Shown: piece after piece, positions 20,620 through 31,420 of the stretch
Position numbering within the stretch: the first letter of the stretch is position 1
Layout of the letters: the number at the start of each line of letters is the position of its first letter
Assembly (NCBI GenBank): GCA_041660005.1
Contig: JBAZXG010000002.1
Span: 24,356 to 88,355 of the forward strand
Direction of reading: 5' to 3'
DNA from: Patescibacteria group bacterium
GTDB taxonomy: Bacteria > Patescibacteriota > Patescibacteriia > GWA2-46-9
DNA: 64,000 nt
Notes under the pieces: model-generated
Told to the model about the DNA's origin: nothing
Database searches by the model: none
What the model saw: the letters and a program-made list of their open reading frames with translations, nothing else
Translations under genes and position numbers: made by a program

Positions 20620-21029
20620 AATCACCTTCCTTGTGGAAAAGCATTGTTAACGCAGCAATCTTACTTTCCTTGCCAGCTGCTGCGGCTGCTGACACCAACA
20701 GTTCTTCTGGTTTTGAAGCAGTGCAACATAACCTCGGAGTTCTTCAAACCTTTGTCATTGGCGACCAAACACCGCAAACACCACAAGAGATTATTGCTCG
20801 CGTCATAGGCATTGCCCTTGGCCTCATTGGCATCGTCTTCGTTATTCTCATGATCTACGGTGGATACCTTTGGATGACCGCTCGCGGCAATGAAGAGCAG
20901 GTCAACAAAGCGCGAGATTTAATTATTCAATCAATTATTGGTGCTGTTATTGTCTTTCTCGCCTATTTTGTCACCGCCTTCGTCGTACAACGAGTAGGAG
21001 AAGCGGTCTTTGAACCAATTTTCTATTAA
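20616..21029 (+). CDS. VirB2/TrbC-like pilin paralog 6
   Basis: YGGYLWMTARGNEEQVNKAR motif, 18 nt identical to paralog 5 over the loop. Confidence 0.65.
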   Translation: MKSPSLWKSIVNAAILLSLPAAAAADTNSSSGFEAVQHNLGVLQTFVIGDQTPQTPQEIIARVIGIALGLIGIVFVILMIYGGYLWMTARGNEEQVNKARDLIIQSIIGAVIVFLAYFVTAFVVQRVGEAVFEPIFY

Positions 21030-21447
21030 TCATATGAGCATGAAAAAACTAGTAGCGAGCTCTCTTCTCTTTTTCGTGCTCATGGCAACAGGGGTCTCTT
21101 TTGCTTCAGCTGCTGTTGCACCACTGGACGAAATTTATCATAACTTGGGGCCGATTGCTAACACCTACGGACAGAGCTCTCTCCTGGACTCCCAAAACAC
21201 GCAACACGCACTAGTAGTGCGAGTTGCTCGAGTTATTAATGTCGCTCTTTCACTTCTCGGAATCATTTTTTTAGTACTCACCATCTACGCTGGTGCACGT
21301 TGGATGACGGCTCGAGGTAATGACGAACTAGTAACAACGGCTCGGGATACCTTACTCAATGCCCTTATTGGACTTGTTATTATTTTTGCCTCTTACGCCT
21401 TTACTACCTACCTGGTAACAAAAATTCTACAGGGAACAATTGGATAA
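21010..21447 (+). CDS. VirB2/TrbC-like pilin paralog 7
   Basis: YAGARWMTARGNDELVTTAR motif. Confidence 0.65.
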   Translation: MNQFSINHMSMKKLVASSLLFFVLMATGVSFASAAVAPLDEIYHNLGPIANTYGQSSLLDSQNTQHALVVRVARVINVALSLLGIIFLVLTIYAGARWMTARGNDELVTTARDTLLNALIGLVIIFASYAFTTYLVTKILQGTIG

Positions 21448-21455
21448 TAAGCCCT

Positions 21456-21492
21456 CAAATGCTTCGACAATAAACGCCTCACCAAGGTGTTT
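21456..21492. terminator. bidirectional intrinsic terminator between pilin array (+) and GT2 gene (-)
   Basis: aataaacgcctcaccaaggtgtttattttattttt hairpin + T-run. Confidence 0.55.
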
Positions 21493-21495
21493 ATT

Positions 21496-22248
21496 TTATT
21501 TTTGGATCTGACACCTTAACCTACGTAAACGAGGTCGTAAAAGTAGGAGTTCACGAGTATACTCTACGCTTGTACGTACAATAGGAAGTGTACTTACTGA
21601 TACTCCGACTTTCCTCTCTTCCCAAATCACCGGCACCTCAGCAATTTTTTCCTTGGTGGCCTCCGCGATGAGTAACAACTCTGAATCAAAAAACCACTGC
21701 ATACTCTTAACTTGCGGCAACAGTCTGTCCCGAGCTTGACGGGTTACTGCTTTAAAACCACAAGGTAAATCAGTAAGTTTGGTGCCAACCAACAATTGTG
21801 AAAGGAGATGGTAAGACCGAGAAATAAACTGTCGAAACAAACTTCGATGCGCGATACTGTTTGGCAAAAATCGGGAACCAACTACCACAGTTGCTCCTTT
21901 TACAAAGGCGTCGAGTGCCTTAGGCAGCGCCTCTGCAAGGTCCGCAGAAAGATCAGCGTCTGTGAAAAAATAAATATCAGCAACTGCTGCTTCCCACCCA
22001 GCGGACAGAGCTGCACCTTTACCAGCAGTCGGCAACTGAAGCAATGAAACATTGGATAACCGCCGACTTGCCGCCAGTACCAAGGATGACGACCCGTCCG
22101 TGGAGCCATTGTCAACAATAATGATTTTCCAGTTCTGTTTAAAAACATCACCACAAATTGCATGGGCTTTATGAATACTCTCAACAATAATACCCGCTTC
22201 GTTATAAGCAGGTAACACAAGAACAACCGTGGGACATTCGTTCATCAT
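21496..22248 (-). CDS. GT2 family glycosyltransferase (polyprenyl-phosphate sugar synthase-like)
   Basis: 250 aa; VVLPAYNE, IIVDNGSTDGS, DAD motif region of GT-A fold. Confidence 0.75.
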   Translation of the reverse strand: MMNECPTVVLVLPAYNEAGIIVESIHKAHAICGDVFKQNWKIIIVDNGSTDGSSSLVLAASRRLSNVSLLQLPTAGKGAALSAGWEAAVADIYFFTDADLSADLAEALPKALDAFVKGATVVVGSRFLPNSIAHRSLFRQFISRSYHLLSQLLVGTKLTDLPCGFKAVTRQARDRLLPQVKSMQWFFDSELLLIAEATKEKIAEVPVIWEERKVGVSVSTLPIVRTSVEYTRELLLLRPRLRRLRCQIQK

Positions 22249-23822
22249 AAAGGAAGAGAGAAAATAGCTCCATCGCTATCAGTATAGCGCAACCGGTAAC
22301 CAGACCGACGGAGCGCGGAAACAAGTTTTTGAGACTGATCTCTAGCGCTAATAACCAGAATGTTTGAATGTATCTCTTGCATCAAAGTCTTTAGTGGAGC
22401 GGCATCACCCTCTACTAAATTTTTCCTTGCCTCAATTACTTCAGACGCGTTTGGTAAAAACCGAGCATCCAGCCCCCACAGATATCGTACATTTTGATTA
22501 TAATAGAACAGCTGCGGAAACTCATCCCAGCGCAGATTGAAGATCAAATCTCCGGGTTCACCAACAACAGAAAGATGTTCAGCTACTGACTTGAGTGTCT
22601 GCACAGGGGAACTCGCACGAAACACCTCATAGGTCTGATAGTCATTGACAAAAAAGTAGCCACCAACGGTAACGCCAAGCAAGTAAAGCAACAAAAAAGT
22701 GGCGGTCGTTTCACGTCGGAAATTTTGCTTCATGCTCTCAAAGAGCGCTCTCCAAACACCGAGCTCTGAGAGGTAGGCTGCCCATAGACTGACTGATAAA
22801 AAACCCAACGGGACTAAATACTCAACGTAACGGCGAGAGAGCATAGTTGCAATCAAAAAAAGTACGGCCATACCAGTTGTCAAAAAACGCAAACGTCCCG
22901 AAGAGCCGACCTGACTGCCCTGAAACAACCTTTTTGGCTCTACTGATAGTGCAAAAAAACCAACCAACAAAACTACAAGAAAGGCCATGACTAAAGGCAA
23001 GATGCGAGGAAAAAGCATCGCAGGGTCTAAGGACGACCACTCTTGACCGGCCGCTGCGTTGCCGCCCGGCGCCAAAGCAATTTCAACAACCTGATACCAA
23101 TAAAAAACGACGTTCTGAGGGAACCAAGGATTTACGACAAGGCCAACCAAACTACCTGCACTAGCCGCAAAAAAACCATTAAACATTTCCCGGCTCAGTT
23201 TTTTCTCCAAGCATACTCGAACGGGCACAATGATCAAACTTGTCACCCAAAGAAGCGGCCAACCCCCATATGCCCAGACATACAATGCAGAAATGAAAAA
23301 AAGTCGCCACTGTCGGCGTTCAACCAATGCAGAGAGCCCTAAAAGATAAAAAATAAGAGACAAAGAAAGCGCTTTAACGAGATTCAGCCGAAAGAGAAAG
23401 GGCGCTGTTATGAATGCTAGTATCGTCCACCAAAAAGCACCCGGCACACGATAGCGACGTAAAACTTCGTAATAGACAACCATTGAAAGTGAAGCGAGGA
23501 GCGCTGTAGTGACCTTTATACCAGTCAGTCCACCAAGCGCCACAAATGGTGCCTCAAAAACATGCAGCAAAAAATGATGGTCGGCAAAGGACTGAGCCAG
23601 TACGGTTAGTGGCAGCCAGGTAAAATGACGTACTACCTCGCCGTGGCTTATCTGCGAGGCAAGTGCGGCATGGTAGTAAACATCTGGATCAGGAAAACCA
23701 TGGCCCCAACTAAGTAGAGCAGCAACACCGCTAACAATACTGACTAATGACGTAACAGCAAGTGCATGTCTCGAGCGAGCACCAAGCGCGCTCACGTGAA
23801 GAGCAGACAGACCGCGCTGCAT
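22245..23822 (-). CDS. polytopic membrane protein with C-terminal soluble domain (GT-C-like glycosyltransferase candidate)
   Basis: 525 aa, >10 TM helices then about 130 aa soluble domain; translationally coupled to GT2 gene. Confidence 0.45.
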   Translation of the reverse strand: MQRGLSALHVSALGARSRHALAVTSLVSIVSGVAALLSWGHGFPDPDVYYHAALASQISHGEVVRHFTWLPLTVLAQSFADHHFLLHVFEAPFVALGGLTGIKVTTALLASLSMVVYYEVLRRYRVPGAFWWTILAFITAPFLFRLNLVKALSLSLIFYLLGLSALVERRQWRLFFISALYVWAYGGWPLLWVTSLIIVPVRVCLEKKLSREMFNGFFAASAGSLVGLVVNPWFPQNVVFYWYQVVEIALAPGGNAAAGQEWSSLDPAMLFPRILPLVMAFLVVLLVGFFALSVEPKRLFQGSQVGSSGRLRFLTTGMAVLFLIATMLSRRYVEYLVPLGFLSVSLWAAYLSELGVWRALFESMKQNFRRETTATFLLLYLLGVTVGGYFFVNDYQTYEVFRASSPVQTLKSVAEHLSVVGEPGDLIFNLRWDEFPQLFYYNQNVRYLWGLDARFLPNASEVIEARKNLVEGDAAPLKTLMQEIHSNILVISARDQSQKLVSALRRSGYRLRYTDSDGAIFSLPL

Positions 23823-23854
23823 AACAACACTCGAATTGTTCTTCTCAAGAAACG

Positions 23855-25852
23855 CTAACTCAAAATGAACGCAACAACGAGTAATGCAACAATATTCAAG
23901 ACTTTAATCATGGGATTAATGGCCGGACCAGCAGTATCCTTATAAGGGTCGCCCACCGTGTCCCCGGTAACCGCAGCTTGGTGCGCAGGAGAACCTTTGC
24001 CACCATATGCTCCCGATTCAATGTATTTTTTAGCATTATCCCATGCGCCGCCACCAGTCGTCATGGAAATGGCGACAAAAATACCCGTAATAATTGCTCC
24101 AATAAGTAGCCCGCCGAGCGCTTCAGCTCCCAAAGCAAAACCAACAACGATTGGCGCGAGCACCGCAAGAAGTGCAGGAGGAATCATTCTCCGAATAGCT
24201 TCTTTGGTGACAATATCAACCGCCTTGCCGTAGTCAGGCTTGCCGCTGCCATCCATGATTCCTGGAATTTCTCTAAACTGCCGGCGCACCTCTTCAACAA
24301 CGCTACCAGCAGCAACGCCGACCGCTTGCATAGCTAGCGCTGCAAACCAAAATGTTACGAGGCCACCGAGAAATAATCCGGCAATGACTGCAGGCGTACT
24401 CAGCGAAAAGTCGAGAAGCGAACCCGTTTGTTCAACGGCATGCAGGTAGTCACCAAAAAGCACCAACGTTGCTAACCCAGCAGAGCCAATGGCATACGCT
24501 TTCGTAACTGCTTTCGTGGTATTGCCAACAGCATCCAAAGGATCGGTAACCTGACGTACTGACTCTGGTAGGTGGGCCATTTCAGCGATACCTCCCGCGT
24601 TGTCCGTAATGGGACCATAGGCATCAATCGTCACAATGATACCAGTTAGGGAAAGCATGGCCATTGCGGCAACGGCGATTCCCAAAAGACCCGAAAGATA
24701 ATTCGCAAACAGTATGCCAAGTACAATCACAATCACGGGTGCAGCCGTTGCCCGCATCGATAAAGCGAGTCCAGCAATAATATTCGTGCCATGACCGCCA
24801 ACTGAAGCGGCAGCAAGATCTTTCACTGGACGATGTGCAGTGCTGGTGTAGTACTCAGTGATATAAATAAGAGCGCCGGTCACCGCCAGACCAATAAGCG
24901 CAGAGAGAAAAACTGCTTTAACCGAAAGCCCTGGAATACCAGCGAGCATGCGATCCGTCACGGGCCAGAATCCAATGGCTGCTAAGATGCCGGAAATAAT
25001 CAACCCGTGATAGAGCGCCGCCATAATACGGGTCCCCTTCAAGGTAATGAACCAAGTTCCAATAATTGAAGCAACAATAGCCACAGCGCCGAGCGCCAAC
25101 GGGTAAAGCACGACTGCCGGATACCCAGGGTAAAGCAGTGTCGCGAGTAGCATTGTTGCAATTGAAGTAACCGCATAGGTTTCAAACAGGTCAGCTGCCA
25201 TACCCGCGCAGTCTCCTACATTATCCCCGACGTTGTCGGCAATGACCGCAGGGTTTCTCGGATCATCTTCAGGAATACCTGCTTCGAGTTTACCAACAAG
25301 GTCCGCACCAACGTCCGCAGCCTTGGTAAAAATACCGCCGCCGAGTCTGGCAAAAATAGAAATTAAACTACCACCAAAGGCAAGACCCAAAAGCGCATGC
25401 ACGTCGCCACTTATTAAATAGAAACCAGCCACACCAAGAAGACCTAACCCCACAACCAAAAACCCAGTAACCGCACCGCCACGAACGGCTACCTGGAACG
25501 CTTCGGACAACCCCTTTTTTGCGGCTTCAGTTGTGCGCACATTTGCTTTTACCGAAATACGCATGCCCGTATAACCAGCAAGCGCAGAAAGGAATGCTCC
25601 AACAGCAAAACCGACAGCGGTCAGCCAGGAAATAAAAAGGCCAATAAGCAAGAAGATAGGAATCGCCACAACAAGCACACTCGTATACTGCCGTTTCAAG
25701 TACGCACGCGCACCTTCTTCAATAGCACGAGCAATCACTTGCATCTGTTCGTCGCCCGGAGAAAGTTTCAAAAGCCAACGAATAAGAAAGAGCCCATATA
25801 ACACTGCAGCAGCACCGGCGAACAATGCAAACAAAATAGTAGATGAAATCAT
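23855..25852 (-). CDS. hppA: membrane-bound H+/Na+-translocating pyrophosphatase
   Basis: 665 aa; [18 protein letters not shown] and [26 protein letters not shown] signatures. Confidence 0.9.
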   Translation of the reverse strand: MISSTILFALFAGAAAVLYGLFLIRWLLKLSPGDEQMQVIARAIEEGARAYLKRQYTSVLVVAIPIFLLIGLFISWLTAVGFAVGAFLSALAGYTGMRISVKANVRTTEAAKKGLSEAFQVAVRGGAVTGFLVVGLGLLGVAGFYLISGDVHALLGLAFGGSLISIFARLGGGIFTKAADVGADLVGKLEAGIPEDDPRNPAVIADNVGDNVGDCAGMAADLFETYAVTSIATMLLATLLYPGYPAVVLYPLALGAVAIVASIIGTWFITLKGTRIMAALYHGLIISGILAAIGFWPVTDRMLAGIPGLSVKAVFLSALIGLAVTGALIYITEYYTSTAHRPVKDLAAASVGGHGTNIIAGLALSMRATAAPVIVIVLGILFANYLSGLLGIAVAAMAMLSLTGIIVTIDAYGPITDNAGGIAEMAHLPESVRQVTDPLDAVGNTTKAVTKAYAIGSAGLATLVLFGDYLHAVEQTGSLLDFSLSTPAVIAGLFLGGLVTFWFAALAMQAVGVAAGSVVEEVRRQFREIPGIMDGSGKPDYGKAVDIVTKEAIRRMIPPALLAVLAPIVVGFALGAEALGGLLIGAIITGIFVAISMTTGGGAWDNAKKYIESGAYGGKGSPAHQAAVTGDTVGDPYKDTAGPAINPMIKVLNIVALLVVAFILS

Positions 25853-25883
25853 AAATGCAAACGGGTTAATAAATGACGAACGT

Positions 25884-27173
25884 CTATGATGTTTTTTCTT
25901 CTGCTGAACTTTGTTCTACTGGCGCATCTTTTGACCCCGCCTCGTCGGGTAGACCACTTTCGATAATGGGCTCTGCAACATCTTCTTCATCATACACCCC
26001 GGGAATGATTACTGGCTCATCGTCAGACTCTGTAATTTCTTGCAACTCTCCCTCTTCAGATCGAATATCAATACGCCAGCCGGTCAACTTGGCGGCCAAT
26101 CGGACATTCTGTCCGCCCTTACCAATGGCTAAGGACAACTGATCTTCAGCAACGGTCGCAACAGCCGTGTGGGCTTCTTCGTCTACCTCAAGCGTCAAAA
26201 CTTTCGCTGGCGAAAGAGCGTTAGAAATGTAACGAATAGGGTCTTCGCTAAACTCAATGATATCAATTTTTTCGCCACCGAGCTCGCCAATAATCGTCTG
26301 CACACGCGTTCCCCGCTGTCCAACACATGAACCAATTGGATCAACATTGGGGTCCACCGCCGCCACCGAAACCTTGGAGCGGGAACCAGCTTCTCGCGCC
26401 AGTCCTTTTATCTCAATAAGCCCATTGGCAATTTCAGGAATTTCCATAGCAAAAACCTGCCGAACAACTTCAGGGTGCGAACGTGAAAGTAAAATTTCCG
26501 GTCCTTTTGAAGTCTCGTTAACACTCATCAAATAAACGCGCAGTCGGTCTCCTGGATTGTAGTGCTCACGGGGAATCTGCTCTTCAAAAGGAAGAACCCC
26601 TGTGCCGCGACCAAGTTCCATAATCACCGATCGACCGTCACGGCGCTGCACCGTAGCAGTCAGCACCTGACGCACTCTGTCTTTGTACGCCTCGAAGACG
26701 TTAGCATGTTCTGCCTCTCTAATCTTTTGAATAATGACCTGCTTTGCCGTTTGCGCCGCCATTCTTCCGTATTCACCTGGCACAGAAAGCTCGCTACGAA
26801 TTTCTTCACCAACCTCTGCACTTGATTTAAATTCCTGAGCTTGGGAAAGACCGATATGCAACTTGGGATTGTAACGCAGCTCTTCCTCTCCTTCGGGTTC
26901 AGTAATAGCACCAGAGGCGTCTGCCTCCGCATCCGACCGTGCCTCTGCCGCTTCTATTAAAGCATTATCAACGACGATTTTTACGTCATAGACATGCGTC
27001 TCGCCGGTCTCCAGGTCAAATGTGACTTTAATATTCTGATTTTTTTCTCCAAAATCTTTTCGATAGGCAGCCGCTAGCGCCGCTTCAATAGTGTTTACAA
27101 TTGATGCGACTGTTAAGCCCTTTTCTTCGGCAATCTGCTCAACTGCCGCTTTAATTGATGACGCTATCGCCAT
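25884..27173 (-). CDS. nusA: transcription termination/antitermination factor NusA with acidic C-terminal tail
   Basis: 429 aa; N-terminal NusA domain, S1 and tandem KH regions ([16 protein letters not shown]), acidic tail. Confidence 0.85.
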   Translation of the reverse strand: MAIASSIKAAVEQIAEEKGLTVASIVNTIEAALAAAYRKDFGEKNQNIKVTFDLETGETHVYDVKIVVDNALIEAAEARSDAEADASGAITEPEGEEELRYNPKLHIGLSQAQEFKSSAEVGEEIRSELSVPGEYGRMAAQTAKQVIIQKIREAEHANVFEAYKDRVRQVLTATVQRRDGRSVIMELGRGTGVLPFEEQIPREHYNPGDRLRVYLMSVNETSKGPEILLSRSHPEVVRQVFAMEIPEIANGLIEIKGLAREAGSRSKVSVAAVDPNVDPIGSCVGQRGTRVQTIIGELGGEKIDIIEFSEDPIRYISNALSPAKVLTLEVDEEAHTAVATVAEDQLSLAIGKGGQNVRLAAKLTGWRIDIRSEEGELQEITESDDEPVIIPGVYDEEDVAEPIIESGLPDEAGSKDAPVEQSSAEEKTS

Positions 27174-27253
27174 GTTGATAATCCTTTAAGCCCGTGTGGG
27201 GCAAATAAAAAACTCATTCTGATGGAATGAGGTCTGTCAAAAGTCTAGCGCAT

Positions 27254-27655
27254 CTATGAAAGAAACGCAAGCCGACCGTTCCCCACGGCACGAAAATGTT
27301 TCACCCGAGGTTTTGTCCCTTCACTAAAGTAAACTGAGACGACATCGATACGCGCATGAGCAACTTCCCGATGCTCTGCCACATAACGGGCAAGTGCCTG
27401 TTCAAGATTATGGAGCTTGCGGGTGGTTACTGCTTCTTCTGGCGTGCCATAGGCACTGCCCGTACGTGCTTTTACCTCAACGAAGACGAGGTCTTTACCG
27501 TCGCGCGCTATAATATCAACTTCATGATGTCCCAGACGTGCGTTCTTTTCTAAAATAGAGAAGCGTCGATACACCAAATACTGACACGCTAACTCCTCAC
27601 CTTGTCGACCAACCTTACTCTTTCCCTCCATAAAAATTTGAAAGAGCCTGTTCAA
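27254..27655 (-). CDS. yraN: YraN family (UPF0102) endonuclease
   Basis: 133 aa; GEELACQYL...HHEVDIIARDGKDLVFVEVKAR motif. Confidence 0.7.
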   Translation of the reverse strand: MNRLFQIFMEGKSKVGRQGEELACQYLVYRRFSILEKNARLGHHEVDIIARDGKDLVFVEVKARTGSAYGTPEEAVTTRKLHNLEQALARYVAEHREVAHARIDVVSVYFSEGTKPRVKHFRAVGNGRLAFLS

Positions 27656-27804
27656 AATTTCGTGGTACCCGTTCTGAAAATGCAGGTTTTTGAGCGAAAA
27701 ACAATACGAGGGACGTACCGTAATGGTGTTACGGTAAGTGCGAGACGAAGTTTTGCAGCCAAAAACATAGCATTTTAAGGATGGGGGAAGGTGTTGAACG
27801 GGCT

Positions 27805-28212
27805 CTAGGGCAGATACTTTCTTCGACGGCGGTCGTCTGCTTCAAGGGTAGCTTTGGCCGGAACGTCACGCCAAGCCAAAAAACCAAGGTAAGCGCTCCA
27901 GGCGAGCAGTAACAAAACCCACAGCACTATCCAATAACGCGCAGAAAACCAGGGTGTCTGCTCCTGCCGAAAAAACAACAGGATAAAAGCAAATACGCCG
28001 AACGTTACTGCAGCCGCACCAACGCGTTGCCACCACTTCACCCATGCTGGCAAAAAATCCTTGCGATAATGTGACCAAATACGAAGCATAATACCGCCAA
28101 CGATCATGATAATACCAATGGCTATCCAAGCCCTCAGAAAACCACTACTGAGCGGCCTCGGAAAATTCATAAAAAGATAGCTGGGCGAAGCAAACTTCAA
28201 AATATCAATCAT
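27805..28212 (-). CDS. hypothetical membrane protein
   Basis: 135 aa, 3 predicted TM helices, Trp-rich. Confidence 0.4.
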   Translation of the reverse strand: MIDILKFASPSYLFMNFPRPLSSGFLRAWIAIGIIMIVGGIMLRIWSHYRKDFLPAWVKWWQRVGAAAVTFGVFAFILLFFRQEQTPWFSARYWIVLWVLLLLAWSAYLGFLAWRDVPAKATLEADDRRRRKYLP

Positions 28213-28258
28213 AGAGACAAGTTAGTGAATGATGCTTACTAATAGTATAGCAAGTTTT

Positions 28259-28912
28259 TTAGAGAAGACTGAAGGATCGGCGATGTATGGGGCTTGCGCC
28301 TAGACGGCGGATAGCACGACGATGTTCAACCGTTCCGTAACCAACATGTTGGCAAAAACCGTAACCGGGGTAGCGTTTATCCATTTGCACCATTAAAGCA
28401 TCGCGATACACCTTGGCAATGACAGAAGCGGCGGCAATAACGCGCACTTCGCGATCTCCCCCACGTACTCCTTCGATGGTACAAGTGAAACCATCGAGAG
28501 AGAAATAATCTGCCAATACATAGTTCGGCTGCGGCAAAAGCTGCTTCAGCGCCCGCATAAATGCTAGGTCGTTGGCGGCGGCAATACCTAACGTATCAAT
28601 CTCTTTCGGCGACACAGATCCAAAAGCATAGGAGAGTGCATGTTGGGTGATATGGATAGCGAAACGTTCACGTTGTTTTGCGCTGAGTGCTTTTGAGTCT
28701 TTCAACCCTGGAAGTTTTACGTGGGGACGCAAAATTAATCCTGCGGCAACAAGTGGTCCAGCGAGCGCTCCCCTCCCCACTTCATCGATACCAGCAATAA
28801 GCGCGTACCCTTGTTGCCGACGGTACGACTCGACGTAACGAAAATGGTGAGTACGGCGTCGCATCGTCAATTCACAAATTCTGGAACCTCGTAATGCCAC
28901 CCAGGCTGCCAA
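28259..28912 (-). CDS. rnhB: ribonuclease HII
   Basis: AGIDEVGRGALAGPLVAAGLIL and DSKALSAKQRE motifs. Confidence 0.85.
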   Translation of the reverse strand: MAAWVALRGSRICELTMRRRTHHFRYVESYRRQQGYALIAGIDEVGRGALAGPLVAAGLILRPHVKLPGLKDSKALSAKQRERFAIHITQHALSYAFGSVSPKEIDTLGIAAANDLAFMRALKQLLPQPNYVLADYFSLDGFTCTIEGVRGGDREVRVIAAASVIAKVYRDALMVQMDKRYPGYGFCQHVGYGTVEHRRAIRRLGASPIHRRSFSLL

Positions 28913-29412
28913 CGAAAAGGTGCCGCAACAACTTTAGCCAGACTCTTATGATTCAATACCTGCTCAAGCCCATACTGAGTTGCCCGGTGTCCAATGACGA
29001 GAATTGTTTTGTCCTGGTGCCGCAGCACTACATCTTTCAAAAACGCTTTTACATTTTCTGTTGTCTCAAGATAGCTCTGTCCGCCAGGGAACGGCCTCTC
29101 TATACGATTCATTTTTTCATGCTCAATCACTACACTTGAAAATCGTGTCATAGTGCCGTAATCGCACTCATTCAATCGTGCGTCCGTAAGCAAAGGCACA
29201 TTGCTACCTTCAAAAGCAAGGTATCCCGTTTCATAAGAACGTCGCAATGCAGAGCAATAGACAGCAACGAGCTTAACGTCTCGATAGCGTTCTCCTAATT
29301 CTTGCGCTTGCCGCTCGCCAGCGGCTGAAAGTTTTGGATCAGAGCAACCGGAAGCAATATCCTGTTCGTTATCTGTACTCGTTGAGTGCGTTTCAAAAAT
29401 TAATTCCACCAT
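28867..29412 (-). CDS. histidine phosphatase family protein (phosphoglycerate mutase-like), divergent
   Basis: 181 aa; fold-consistent motifs (ETHSTS instead of RHGE, CSALRRSYETG); weak. Confidence 0.5.
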   Translation of the reverse strand: MVELIFETHSTSTDNEQDIASGCSDPKLSAAGERQAQELGERYRDVKLVAVYCSALRRSYETGYLAFEGSNVPLLTDARLNECDYGTMTRFSSVVIEHEKMNRIERPFPGGQSYLETTENVKAFLKDVVLRHQDKTILVIGHRATQYGLEQVLNHKSLAKVVAAPFRWQPGWHYEVPEFVN

Positions 29413-29444
29413 ACACCATTAGCAACCGCACTCCCCTTTTTGAA

Positions 29445-29771
29445 TTAACGAATAAGTGCGTCTAATTTTTTACTAAGAGCATCTTCTGATTGCACGCCAA
29501 CAATCTGGTCTTGCACCTTGCCGCCCTTAAAAAGGAGAATGGTCGGAATGCTCATGATGTTAAAGCTGCCTGCTGTTGTTTGGTTCTCGTCAACATTTAA
29601 TTTTCCAATTTTGATTGGCTTACCTTCGTATTCGTGTGCCAATTTTTCAATGATTGGTCCCATGACGCGACACGGTCCGCACCAAGGTGCCCAAAAATCA
29701 ACGAGCACAGGAACGGGCGATTGCAGCACTTCTGCTGGGAAGTTCTGGTCATTTAATAGTATTTCGGCCAT
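29445..29771 (-). CDS. trxA: thioredoxin
   Basis: WAPWCGPCR active site, 108 aa. Confidence 0.9.
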   Translation of the reverse strand: MAEILLNDQNFPAEVLQSPVPVLVDFWAPWCGPCRVMGPIIEKLAHEYEGKPIKIGKLNVDENQTTAGSFNIMSIPTILLFKGGKVQDQIVGVQSEDALSKKLDALIR

Positions 29772-29794
29772 AAAATGTATTAATTGATAAATAA

Positions 29795-30136
29795 CTAATA
29801 TAACCTTCCGCCAATTACCGCCTGGTCAATGTCTGGAACAATAAGTATACACTCACCCGATTGATCTGGCACGCCGAGCGTCAAAACCTCTGAAATAAAG
29901 GGTCCAATTTGCTTGTTTGGGAAGTTAACAACAGCCAAAGCCAGCTTTCCGATAAGCTCCTGCTTAGTGTAATGGGCGCATAGTCTCGCACTCGACATTT
30001 TCGTACCAATAGATTCACCAAAATCTATCTTCAATTTGTACGCTGGTATTTTTGCTTCAGGAAAATCTTCCACCGCAACAATTTTTCCAACGCGAATATC
30101 AAGTGCTGTAAATTCGTTGTAAGATGCCATAAACAA
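29795..30136 (-). CDS. tRNA-binding protein (CsaA/EMAP OB-fold domain)
   Basis: 113 aa; ALDIRVGKIV OB-fold tRNA-binding motif. Confidence 0.65.
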   Translation of the reverse strand: MFMASYNEFTALDIRVGKIVAVEDFPEAKIPAYKLKIDFGESIGTKMSSARLCAHYTKQELIGKLALAVVNFPNKQIGPFISEVLTLGVPDQSGECILIVPDIDQAVIGGRLY

Positions 30137-30174
30137 ACGGTTAGTCGCGCTTTTAATTAAACGCTAATAATGAG

Positions 30175-30618
30175 TTAACGGTTGCGTCGAACCTTCAAAT
30201 ACTCCTCTACTCCCGTCAGCCATCCACCTTCAAAGTACTTTGCAGGATCAAACGTGTCGATTGAAACCCAGAGCATTTCTATATGCAGATCAGAAAGGTG
30301 AATGATTCCACTTTTCAAAACTCCGGCATACCCAAGAGCAAAGATTCGCACGGTGGGTAAACCGGGCACTTGCTCAACTCTTTGGTGTCGCATAAAAACT
30401 TTTGCTTCACCAATCTCGTACTGAATCTCGTCCCCCAATTCCTCCAACATCTTCCTCTTAATGACCTCGTCCAGAGAAACGGTGAATTCATCCTTTCTTA
30501 TTCTGCCGCCGGGTAAATCCCAATCACCAAATTTATCGCGAAGGATAAGTAGTTTGCCGTCCTTTTCTAAGAAGACCTTAACGGCAACAAAGTAGGTATC
30601 TTTTTGTTCAACGCTCAT
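30175..30618 (-). CDS. NUDIX hydrolase
   Basis: Nudix box GGRIRKDEFTVSLDEVIKRKMLEELG. Confidence 0.75.
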   Translation of the reverse strand: MSVEQKDTYFVAVKVFLEKDGKLLILRDKFGDWDLPGGRIRKDEFTVSLDEVIKRKMLEELGDEIQYEIGEAKVFMRHQRVEQVPGLPTVRIFALGYAGVLKSGIIHLSDLHIEMLWVSIDTFDPAKYFEGGWLTGVEEYLKVRRNR

Positions 30619-31075
30619 TGTATAACTTATGTTTCAAAAGTGCGTGTGCTCGCGTCAAAAAAAGTGCGGCATTCCCCCACACAAACGGTAGCCATGCCGG
30701 AAAACCCAAGACATTATAATTCTTGTAACTCCAAATTCCATACTGAATAGCCAGAGACTCTGACAGCGGACCAAGTACGAAAGCAATGATATATAAATAG
30801 AATGCGGCCCTGTTTCTCTCAACGGCAAGCATGAGCAAACTAATTATGCTAAGAAGAAAAACAAGTACAATAGTATTCCTCCACAAGAACAAAACAAACA
30901 AAATTGTAACAACTGCTAGAATAAAATTGATCAGCGATTTTTTCCGTTCGCTATACATAGACAATGTAATAATGAATGACTTGCCATTTGTCCTTCGGCT
31001 ATCTGTGGTCGCTTCCCTCGGTGAGACACCTCGGGATCTTCGACAGGATATTTCGACCGAGAAAGAACTAACCAT
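30608..31075 (-). CDS. hypothetical membrane protein
   Basis: 155 aa, 4 TM helices. Confidence 0.4.
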   Translation of the reverse strand: MVSSFSVEISCRRSRGVSPREATTDSRRTNGKSFIITLSMYSERKKSLINFILAVVTILFVLFLWRNTIVLVFLLSIISLLMLAVERNRAAFYLYIIAFVLGPLSESLAIQYGIWSYKNYNVLGFPAWLPFVWGNAALFLTRAHALLKHKLYNER

Positions 31076-31128
31076 AAACTATTCGTCCGCCGTCGTTAAC
31101 CACCTACGCTAAGGCTTCGGCGGTCAAG

Positions 31129-31212
31129 AACTATGGCGGACAGCCTCAACTCAAAACGTCTGGCGTAAGCCAGCCGCCGTTGGAACTGTGGCTGGCTCGC
31201 CAGCCGTAACTT
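31129..31212. repeat. family-3 double-hairpin repeat (second copy, see 4396..4480)
   Basis: aactatggcggacagcc...gccgtaactt about 90% identical to the copy beside tRNA-Arg. Confidence 0.7.
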
Positions 31213-31262
31213 GCCACCTCCGCCAAAGTAGCCAAAGGCTACGGCGGCTGGATAGTGAAGGC

Positions 31263-31282
31263 TGGTGGACCTGGGGGGAATC
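31263..31282 (-). repeat. direct copy of the 3' terminal 20 nt of tRNA-Ala (incl. CCA), start of family-1 element (31263..31410)
   Basis: tggtggacctggggggaatc identical to 31460..31479. Confidence 0.8.
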
Positions 31283-31420
31283 CGTCACTCCGCCCGTCGG
31301 CGGAGCTCCTAGAACCTGTCGCTTCGCTCTTTCAAACCCATCGGTTTGAATAATTCCGCCGCAGGGAAACTCCCGTTTCCCCGACCCCTTTCCCGTGTTC
31401 GATTCCCTCGCAGTATATCA

